In this document: in pieces, positions 24,901 through 36,500 of the stretch | Position numbering within the stretch: position 1 is the stretch's first letter | Layout: the number at the start of each line of letters is the position of its first letter | Assembly (NCBI RefSeq): GCF_032062105.1 | Contig: NW_026924013.1 | Location: 124,001 to 188,000, forward strand | DNA length: 64,000 nucleotides | Direction of reading: 5' to 3' | Source: Saccostrea cucullata | Taxonomy: Eukaryota | Translations under genes and position numbers: made by a program | The notes under the pieces: model-generated | What the model was told of the DNA's origin: nothing | What the model saw: the letters and a program-made list of their open reading frames with translations, nothing else | The model's database searches: none

Positions 24901-26007
24901 ACCAATGAAATGCTCGCTTCCAATATTGCTTGCAAATAATGATGCACCAATCTGAAAATTAAAAAACATTGTGAACTTTTTATTTATATTTATATGTTCA
25001 GATGATGTTCAAAATAGGAAGCATGCTGTAATACTTACCGGAAACCATGTCATAGAGCGACCTGCCAGAAAGTATCCTTTTGCCGTATTTCTTTCTTTTC
25101 TACACATGGACTAAAAGATGGAAAAAGAACAGTTAGGTCTGTTTCGTATAAAAGCTCAGAAACGCATAAAACTAAATTGCAATTTTAACTTTTCTAATTT
25201 TCCAAGTATTTTATTTGAATTAAAGTCATGCATGCATTCTGGAGTATAAAATTGTGGTATGAAAAAAAAAGACCATATTTCTCTGAATTTTGTCAAATTA
25301 AAACCCAATTACACTGTGAAAAAATTTGAAAAACAAATTCCTAAGACGGGGCATATTTAGTGGAAATTCGTAAAAGACAAAGCTCAAAAGTAACGAAAAA
25401 AAAAATAAATTGCCGAAGATAAAAATGCCTTCAGCATGCATGTAAATAAACAGATTGTTGTGTATACTTAATATATGGTGCATTTAACAATATATAAATA
25501 TTGCATGTTGTTGAGTTTACACTCAACTACATGCAATATTTATTATTTTATACTGAATGTTTTATACAAATACATATAACAGTGAACCGTGCGCGCAAAA
25601 AATTCTGCGCAGTCGCTATTTTTTGGAATATCACCCGTCGTCAAGCAATGTTGACTGTTGCTAGGCAGGAGGGCGTGGCTTCATTATTCAGAGGGTAATA
25701 GTGTTTTTTTTAAAAATGTTTTTCAACGAATCAGATTCAAGTAATTTACATGAAAGTATAATATTACCAAATATATCGTTTACTATCTTGCTAAAGCATC
25801 GACATCTTTCCCAAATTTTGCAGATTGCTAACATTATCATTGCTTCCATGCCAGTTATGCCTGACATATTTCTGTTTTACAAAAAAAATAAAACTTTGAA
25901 GGAATACAAATATTCATATGACTTACCCAAAGTCCTACCAGCATCACAAAAACAAAGTAAAGGGTGATAACTAAAATATCCACCCAATTATCCAGCCCCG
26001 GCTTCAT
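18975..26007 (-). CDS. SLC5 (SGLT/SMIT subfamily) sodium:sugar/inositol symporter, paralog A, 15 exons, about 862 aa. Exons 26007-25927, 25110-25039, 24951-24847, 24079-24020, 23288-23184, 23080-22975, 22834-22754, 22483-22224, 21908-21773, 21669-21562, 21044-20894, 20817-20649, 20549-20334, 20212-19738, 19438-18975
   Basis: In-frame splice model with SSS-family motifs [90 protein letters not shown] and C-terminal NLNAVILL...FA. Confidence 0.93.
23399..23900. mobile_element. MITE with ~100-bp imperfect TIRs in an intron of SLC5 paralog A
   Basis: caatgaagcgcattgaagtggtaaa...acacgcccatttctttagaaa mirrored by tttctaaagaaatgggcgtgt...tttaccacttcaatgcgcttcattg; flanked by TA. Confidence 0.75.
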
Positions 26008-29000
26008 GGTGTGTCCGGGTGTGTGTAAAATGAACGCAAATGTTTCTAAAATTTTTGTACACCCTCAATGAAAGATATTTATTATAGATAATCTCTCAAA
26101 GTTCATCAGATTAGATAAATGTCAGCAATCTACTCCGGTAGTTAATAGTACGCGAATTTGTTCGCGCCCTATTTGCACAATGACTGAAGATACCTTTACG
26201 AAGGTAAGAATGTTTAGATATTAAATGGACACAAGAAGCAAAATCAACATCAGATCTTCAACATCATATCACTATTAACATACACTGTACTTAATATATG
26301 TCTTAATAAAAAAAAATTATTAATTATAGATATATAAAAATATGCTACAATGCATTTAAATTCTGTACAATTATTCATATAAATAGGATTGCTAAAACGG
26401 CATAAAACAAATAGATGCAAATGTTTCATTATATATGTACGTCTCAGGGATGTTTATATTTACATCACAACTGCATCATGCTTAATAAATACAACACAAT
26501 TTTTTGCTCCAAAGCTGTTGTTTACTGATTTTTTAAAAATTAAAATAAGTATACAATTACTAGTATTTTCAATTAATTTTGAAATAAAAATTAGTGAACG
26601 ACAAAGTCCTACAAATAAAAATATTTATATGAAACTATTTTGGTCTATATCAAGTTATCAATTACGTACTAGTCGATTCAACACTTCCTTGACTTACACG
26701 TACCAATATTTCAATTTCAAGTACTTAAGTCTTGCTAGCACTCCAACGAAGTAATAGACGGTTTCTAGCAGAATATTTCGTGATTATTTACTATAGAAAA
26801 AGGTGTAAAGGTCGTTAAAACTGAGCATATCTAAGAGAACATTTTTGGGACATTCTAAAATTATTTTTTGCTAAAATACCTACGGATGTTTAAGGTAAGA
26901 TGACTTTGAAAATTTATGATAATGAGCGAATTGTCCCCTTATTTGATACAAAAATATAACCCAGCTAATATTATGCAGAGAGTTGGATGTAAGAACTGGA
27001 AATTGTGATTAATTTATAACTAATATTGATTTTTATTTGGGCACAAGAGGGTGATAAAAAAGACATCTTAACAAATATTCCAAACCTTTTATAAAAATTA
27101 ATTTTTTTTCTTTGAGAACATAACACGAATGTGTGTTTTTTTTTTTTTTTTTTAAGATTTTCATGCTTTAGTACAGTTCTGTTGCTTGCTGGTCTAAAAA
27201 AAAACCATGAAATTCACCGCCAGAGAAGTACAGAGAAGTAAAATAATTATATTGAACAATTGCTTTTAGATCAAATTTCACCAAAATATATCATTTTGCC
27301 CTGCAAAAGAGCAGTACCTCAGTGGTAATAAAAAGACTGATACGATACGAGTGCCAAAAAATTAATTTCTGACGGCTTTACATTTCTAAAATACTTGTTT
27401 CAGAATATTAAGAATTTTCCTCTGTCCTTTTATGGAATAAATGAAATTTTCCATTAACGAAAAATTTATATTGAATTATTTTGAGATAATGTTCATTGTC
27501 TTCCAACTTGATTAAGATTACTTTTTAAAATAAATAAAATTTCCTTCAAAATAACTGAAAATACTTTACAGAATTGTGATGAATCTAAGATGAAGAAAAG
27601 TGACACAGATTCCATCAGAAATTCTAGATGAAGATCACAAAAAGATCATTCACATTTGAAAATATTTGAACAAGTAGTAAAAATACACATGAAATAATCA
27701 ATATTCCTTTAAAAAACAGATAACCATAAAAGTAGTTCAGCGGAGCTACTTTCACTGAGAGCCATTTCCTAATCTTTGATCAGATGTAAACTCCCGATTA
27801 ATTATTATTTTCACAAGTCAAGCTGAAGGTTCCCGAGCAATTTGTATCGCATACTGAGAGAACACAAGGATTTCAATGTGATATTTACTTCTCAAAGGTT
27901 TTATAATAAATAAATAATCAACACTAAATATAAGCATGGGTGAGAGTTTTTTTTTTTTAGATACCTAAAAGTTGACCGCATTCATTTCAGGAATCGGTGC
28001 ATTAAATGTGTGTCCTGAAATTATTACGACTGTTCCAGGAATGGGTGCATTAAAATGTGTGTCCTGAAATTATTACGACTGGTTGAATTAATGTAACAGG
28101 ATTTACATGTAATAATGTACCCCAATGTGTACTGTATGTCAAGGCCAAATGCTTAAAAAATCAGTCAACGGTCACATTTTATCTAACAAGAATTTATTGC
28201 CCTACTGGTTCAAAACTATTTTTTTTAAAAATATATATAAAAACATTATTTCATCTCTGGAATTTCAGATATCACAGTATGCGTTTTCAGTGGAAGGTTC
28301 AGATGTAGCATTGAATTTTTTCTTCGATCTCCTCTAGAGCTGTTTTTGTTCAGGTGCTTCGTTGAGTTAGAACTCAAATCACGTGTATATGCATGTGAAA
28401 GCAGACCTACAACCCCATAATTCCATTTTTAATTTTTCAATTTGTCTAATTATTTTTCAATTATACGCTGCATGTTGGTACATCTACAGCTTACACAGAT
28501 CAATATTACTTTTCAAATCGATGAAGCCTTCAAAACTGCCTCGGCATCATTTCTATAATGCTTTTCAAGGGAAAGGCAATTCTAAATGAATGATGTCTTC
28601 ATTCAACAGGTAAGTCTTCAACTTATGTTTACAATATTGCTTTCCTCAGTGAAAAATCGCATTATTTATGTGTCCAAAACTGATTAAAAGATTAAATTTG
28701 TAAAGCAATAGTCTTATCTCTGGAATGTCTATGCATTGTTAACAATATAAGCGCTAATTGATTTAGAATATATATTTCGACGCAATGAATTTTTGTTTTT
28801 GTTTATGAGAGTTACATTTTGATCACCTCGTTTGATACCGTAATGGTAAATCCATGTCAGCAAAAAAAGACATTAACCCTATCCTTTTTTATTTTTTAAA
28901 ATCAATTAAATGTCAGCAATTTGATGCTTTTTAAACCATTGCATATCGGTTGAACACCCTAATCAAAGCTATTTTTGAAAAAAAAAAATAAATTGATTAA

Positions 29001-30502
29001 TCTTCCCAAAGCTCACCGCCATTGACTAACGCAACATATTTAATTCAGAAAACCTTTTGTACTCGTGAAAGTAAGCATGATTTTTTACAGCAAACTTTTT
29101 TGGATTACAAACACTTCAGTTAAATATGCCGGTTGCTAATCTTGCCTTGACCTCATCAGCATATTATTAAATTTAAAAATGTAGACATGTGTATACTTCT
29201 TTATAGTATATTTAGTTGTACTCTTGCAAGAACTGCAGCTTAAATGCCGCAAACATTACTATGATTTCAGTTTTCAATGAATATGCTTGGAAGTTAATAC
29301 AATTTTTCGAGGAGTGTCTTTCACATATTTTTTTCTAGCCGTTGGCATATTTTGACCGAAGGCCTTATTTCTTCAAACCTTGAACCGTGCTTTAGTAAAG
29401 ACTTTGTTCAGGCATAGGAAGTATAGAAACGGTTTTGCGCCCAGGGAACATTTTGTGCTTATTTTGGGACCCTGAAAGAAGTTATCGCTGTGTATTTTTT
29501 TTTAATGAAAATTATTATCTCCATGCAGTAAGTAAAGAGCACAAGAGTGTTCCCAAACGCAACATATTTTTTGCACTTCCGAAGCCTGACTAAGTCCTGA
29601 CTTAGAACACAAATAAAACATTTGAGGAAAACAAAGCAAAGAAGACTGGACCCTTATCAAAGCAAACCAATAATTTTAAAAAACTAATGAGGAAGGCACT
29701 ATGACAAGAACGGTGCACAATTCCTTAAAAAGTTCTGCTTATTTGCAACGAAGATCTAGAAAGATCATCACGAACATAAAATCTACGAGTGGGTAAGAAA
29801 TCTCATTTCGTCTTCTGTTTTATAGTATATATGGCTGTAATACATTTCTTTTCATTCATATGTGCATCTAACTTGATTTAAAAGTGTATTCTGTTAAACG
29901 ATTTTTTTTTTTAAAAAGATCATGTTTATCATATTAAATTGCAATTGTCTGATATCAGTTTCGCTTCGTTATATTGGATAACAGATTAATAATCAAATAC
30001 ATTTAGTCATGGCTCCAACTGAGAAAAAAGTGATGTCAAGACATGTTGTACATACCCGATACTGATAACTAAATAGAGTGTGACATAGAACTTGCTAGAA
30101 ACTCCATTAATTCGAAAGTGTCTGCTTCCAGGACGCGGTTTAAAAAGCGTAAACTGCCACAAGTTACATTGTATGTTATATCGTATAACATAAGTTGAAA
30201 TAAGATTCATTCCTTAAATAAATAAACTTTAATTGTATCAAGACTTACTATGGTTACAGATTTTAAACAGGGGAGTTAAGAATGGCAGTTGCCAAAATCT
30301 AGGTACATGTATAAATCATTGTAAATTTTATGCTTTTAAAGCAACCACATCACATTCAATAACTGCATGACATGCAATTCAATTTTTTTTCAAATGCCAG
30401 TCAAGCTCATCGTTAGATAACGAAATATAAATTCAAGGCACACACGATTTTTAATATCTATTTTTTTTCACCACTTCTCAGTATAAAAAGGTTAGAGGGA
30501 CC

Positions 30503-33500
30503 ATGAAAGCGGGGTTAGATAACTGGATCGACATTCTTGTTCTTGTGCTGTATTTTGTTTTCGTCTTCGCCGTTGGAATTTTGGTAATTATATAATAAAC
30601 CCCTTGAACTTTCTCTTAATTTTGTTGTCTTTAAAAAACATTAAGGAGGGGTTCTTCTTGTTTTTATCAAAAAGTCCTTATGGAGGAGGGACCGAAATAC
30701 AACCAAGGGATACTTTCTGGCGGGAAGATCCATGCTCTGGTTTCCGGTAAGTCTAATTTTACATACTGCGAAATCAGAAATTTTCGTGGGGGTTAATTTT
30801 CGTTGTTTTTGAGGTATGGCGAGACCCACGAATTCATGTCCACCACGAAATGTAAAATGTTACATACATAAGTACTCATTAATCCATGATCCACGAAATC
30901 AAATCCCCAAAAACTAAGAGATTTTCCTCAAACCACGAAAATTTGACCCCACGAAAATATATGATTTTACAGTATTTAAAAAAAAATGTTCAGTGGTTGA
31001 AAGAAATGTTATCAATTTATTTCGGCAAATGTTCAATTTGCAGAGATTAATAAAAATATTTTTTGTATTTTTTAAATTATCAAACAAATGATTTTTGCAC
31101 CAAAATAATTTTTGGTGATTTTCTGCAAAGAAATGATTTTTGCACCCAGTTTTCATACATTAGAAAATGCTTACATTGCAAGTTTTCATAAGTTTGATCA
31201 TTCGCCAAAGTGTACAAAAAGATACAAATTTGAACTTAAGTGGGACAAAATTCTTTTTTTTTTCTCACAAACGTAAAAAACTAGTGAGAATGACAAAGTT
31301 TGGAAATTCTGTGATTAAAATTATAATATTAAAACAAAAGGCTCAATATTTTACCTTCTTTTAAGTTATCTCTATTAGGATTTAGCAAGATAGGTAAACA
31401 ATAAATTAAATGTGGAAGGGGTTCATTCAATCGGTTTATTGTATCGCAATGGACATCCTTGCGGTACTTAATCTTTACAAAAATTTATGCTGACCAAAAC
31501 GTTTTTAACGTACAGAAACATACTTTTGGATCGAGGCTGAAGAACTTATTTAATGACCTGACTAGAACAGATACTGAGGAATGTCGATAATAAGAGAGCA
31601 ATTGTAATTTGTTGCAAACAGGTCAAGTCGATCAGCAATATCAAATGTGTTGAAATAGTTCCCTCTTATCTTTAGGTCATGTAAATCTGAACCAAGTGCT
31701 TTAATCCTATTTTTCGCATCTTTGCTGAAAAAACATTAAATATTGAATGTACATTGTAACTCTTCAAAATTTACCAAAGAAGATATAAGATATTTGCAAC
31801 TACAATAAATCGCGAATAATAATAGTTGCAAACCATTTACTTTGCTTTGTATTTGTAGGGAATGTTTCCTAAATCGCGAAAATAAATCGTCGCATATTGA
31901 TTTCAAACTGACGAGTCGCGAATAAAAGATGATGCGAATAATAGTTGGTTAACAGTACAATAAATTGATAGATGAAAAAACTTGTGCTTTGTTTTATGAA
32001 AACAAAATGTGGTTTGAGATTTAAAAATGCGGAAATTGACAAATTTTGAGACCTTCCAGCCCTGTTCTCTATGTTTATCCCGCCAGATATCAAATTAGTT
32101 ATAGCTTTTCAAGATGTAAAAATTAAGAACCAAAAAATTGTATTACCTTATCTATTCTATAATAAACAACTTTCTATAATTTACAACTCATTTTATATCT
32201 CCTTAGATTGGTGCAAGCTTGTTTGCCAGCAATATTGGAGCGGAACATTTCATTGGTTTGGCTGGGAGCGGTGCGTCAAGTGGAATTGCCGCGGTTGCTT
32301 TTGAATGGGGTGTAAGTGAAATTTAAAAAAAAATAGCATTAACGAAATCTTGGTACTGAGATGTTCATGTTTATTTTGTTTTCTTCGATTTAAACAGGCT
32401 GCTTTTTGTTTGTTGATGCTGGGATGGGCGTACCTTCCTGTTTACCTGACGTCAGAGGTAAGCAAAGATTTAAGGACACTTGGTACATTTATTGACTTTT
32501 TAGAACGTTGCATATGTTGCAAATATCAAATTCCTAAAAAATCTAAAATTTTAAGATTTGTATGATGTTTTAATTACTCATATAATGTTACTGCTTTTAT
32601 AAATCTATACAAAAAGAAGTTTATTTGTATTGACTTTCCAATCCATATGATTTGACAAAATACTAATTTTCGAATATTCTATTTGCAATCCAAATATCTA
32701 AAGTCAATAACCTGAAACTTTGTTATGATTGTATTTAATGTTATACTTTCGAGTTTTAGAATGCTTCTCTAACTTTTAAGGTTTATACCATCCCAGAATT
32801 TCTGAAGCGACGATTTGGCGGGAAAAGATTAAGAATATACCACAGTCTGATACTTCAGTTGTCTTACATTGTTACCAAAATATCTGTAAGTTAAAGTACA
32901 CATAATACATGTATCAATTATTTACATGTATTAACCGTTCATGTAAAAGGAAGACAGAAATCTGTCTTCAACTGTGAAACAATGATATGATTTCAGTTTG
33001 TTGTTTCTCAAAGTATGTCAAAATACAGCAACTGGATTGCAATGATTTTTATGGGTAATACATGTACTTGTGATGCTTAAATGAAGTATCAATTAGTTCT
33101 GTGCTAGATCTGAGATGAGTTTATTTTTTAATTTTTGTTGCTTTTAATGTTAGAATCATTACTTTTTCAAAAGAAATGGATATAAAAAACTTTTGAAAAT
33201 TCATACGAGCGCGAACTATATGACGCCTCACACTGGAATGTTTTATGGAGCGGTACGATATGAATGCAGGCGTAGAGCATTGTAGACCTATAAGCAGACC
33301 TATTTTTCATTTGTATTCATAAAAAGCACAATTTATTCAAAGTCATACACATTGCTAGCCAAGGGTTTCTGATACACTACTCTTCTCATAACGTAGTTTA
33401 TGAATAGAGTATCAGAACCCTTCTTTGGCTACCGAAGATGAGTCATACATGGGAGTACCGGTCGGCATGCAGGGAATGCTTGCTCCTCCATTGCATCTGA

Positions 33501-36500
33501 TCCTACTTCTAATATAGATTTTAGATATTCGTGTTTGCTCTGCTCCTGATTTGTATTGTTTGAATAGACTTTTGAGCTTGAATACTGCTCGTCGTCTATA
33601 TATTAAATGCACTTCATGGATTTTCAAACACTATATTCATGGTATCTAATACGTTTTTTATTTTGCTATCAGATAACTAGCTAGTAGCTAGAAATTATGT
33701 CACTAGACTATGATTTTAAATAAAAGATAGCATAATATTATTGATGTCAGTTTTTTATGTCATAGAGATACCCATGCTCATCTATGCGAGATCATGTCGA
33801 AATAGATTGCATTTTAATTTGCAAATAATTTTTTAAAGGAAAATTTTTGGGAAATTTAAGTACAAGTAGTGAGATATGAACAAAGATACTTCAGCTGTGT
33901 TTTAGAAAAAAAACAATGTCCCTGATACATGCGTTTTTCAGCACTTTCTTAATTTATCAACACCAATCAAACCTATATTTTGCATTATTCTGAAAATTAC
34001 ACAAAACTAAAAGTCGTCAAATTTTACAAAGTACTCAATATTATACATGTATTATAGCTTATGATAGTACTATGAATATCAAAATGATATTTGTTGATAA
34101 CATTCTACTAAGACTATAAATACCTTACAGGTGGACGTGTTTGCGGGTGCTGTGTTTATCCAGCAGGCGGTGGGATGGAACACTTACCTTTCTATTTTAG
34201 TTCTGTTGGCAGTCACCGCTATTTATACTATTGTAGGTAAGATTAATCACGTGATCAAAATTCAATATGAAAAAGATCTTTACTGACAAACTACCTAATA
34301 CAAAACAAAAAAAAAAAAACATTGTACAAAACAAAACAACAACTCACTCAATTTTGAATTCCTTCAGTCTTCGACATTTCTGTACAATATGAATTTCATA
34401 AAAGAGCTTTCCAGTTTTTTTTTAATATCAGATGACTTGAAAATTGTTGTAAAACCAATCTTCAACAGGAGGCTTGGCTGCTGTGATATTTACAGACACT
34501 CTTCAGACCATTATTATGATTGTGGGTGCAACAGCCCTGTCGATTTTGAGTAAGTTCTTTTTCTGTGCATTTCATTTCAATTACAATCTTCGCTCTCTAT
34601 GATTATTTAAAAAAGCTTACTTGAATTTAAACTTTTACAGGTTTTCTTAAAGTCGGTGGCTTTTCTGCATTAATGTACAAGTATTTTGAAGCCATTCCTC
34701 ATAGTGGGGACATTCTTGTATCATTATCAACCAATTTGTCCTTCCCCAACACCACGTACAATCTGACGGACGCCATTTTGTCAAACGTCACTCATCAGCA
34801 GTGTGGCCTGCCTCGATCTGATGCTTTCCACATATTTAGGGATCCCGTTAGTTCGGACCTTCCCTGGCCCGGTGTGATGATAAGAACCACTCTGATCAGT
34901 ACTTGGTTCTGGTGCTGTGACCAGGTTAATGTTCAACTTTTCCTTCTTTAAAGCAAGAACGAATTTTTAAAGTCAATCTTTCTTCTCATGCTTTAAAACA
35001 AGGTGAAGCTCTGTAATTTTTTCATTGGTAATTTTAACAGTTGATCGTTCAAAGAACATTGGCTGCCAAAAATATTGCAAATGCCAGAGCATCTACCATC
35101 TTTGCCTCCTACCTGAAGTCTTTACCTATGTTTCTTATTGTACTTCCAGGAATGATTAGTAGAATATTATTTCCAGGTACGGTGATATGCACATATATAT
35201 GTACCTACGTTACATTTTAGAATTCTTTATAAATAAAAAATCTTCCTCTTTAATCTGTATTTCATTTTTAGCTCTACTGGTCAGAGACCAGAAGAGCTTA
35301 TGCGATAGTAATGCGTCCGGCGTCCGTCCGTCTGTCCGTCTGTCTGTCTGTCTGTCCGTCTGTCCGTCTGTCTGTAAACAATTTTTCAAAATGCTACTCC
35401 TCCTACAGTTTTGGTCTAATTTCAATATAACTTGGCACACAACTAGACTACACTAAAATACATAATTCTGTGTATCGGTTTTTGATTTCGATGAACGGTG
35501 TTGCCGTGGTTACTAAAAATAGAAATTTCTGTGAAATTCTTTCAAAACGCTACTCCTCCTACAGTTTTGGTCTGATTTCAGTATAACTTGGCACACAAGT
35601 AGACTACACTAAGATACGTAATTCTGTGTATCGGTTTTTGATTTTGATGAACGGTGTTGCCGTGGTTACTAAAAATAGAAATTTCTGTGAAATTCTTTCA
35701 AAATGCTACTCCTCCTACAGTTTTGGTTTGATTTCATTATAACTTGGCACACAAGTAGACTACACTAAGATACATAATTCTGTGTATCGGTTTTTGATTT
35801 TGATGAACGGTGTTGCCGTGGTTACTAAAAATAGAAATTTCTGTGAAATTCTTTCAAAATGCTACTCCTCCTACAGTTTTGGTCTGATTTCAGTATTACT
35901 TGGCAAACTAGTAGAATACACAAAGATACATAATTCTGTGTATCGGTTTTTGATTTTGATGAACGGTGTTGCTGTGGTTACTAAAAATAGAAATTTCTGT
36001 GAAATTCTTTCAAAATGCAACTCCTCCTACAGTTTTGGTCTGATTTCATTATAACTTGGCACACAAGTAGACTACATTAAGATACATAATTCTGTATATC
36101 GGTTTTTTATTTCGATGAATGGTGTTGCCGTGGTTACTAAAAATAGAAATTTCTGTGAAATTCTTTGAAAATGCTACTCCTCCTACAGTTTTGGTCTGAT
36201 TTCAGTATTACTTGGCAAACAAGTAGACTACACTAAGATACATAATTCTGTGTATCGGTTTTTGATTTTGATGAACGGTGTTGCCGTGGTTACTAAAAAT
36301 AGAAATTTCTGTGAAATTCTTTGAAAATGCTACTCCTCCTACAGTTTTGGTTTGATTTCATTATAACTTGGCACACAAGTAGACTACACAAAGATACATA
36401 AATCTGTGTATCGGTTTTTGATTTTGATGAACGGTGTTGCCGTGGTTACTAAAAATAGAAATTTCTGTGAAATTCTTTCAAAATGCTACTCCTCCTACAG

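Noticed and set aside
27990-28085. Short tandem duplications (also ~37775-37880, 41640-41835, 57178-57220)
   Set aside because: Two-copy local slippage duplications with no additional structure.
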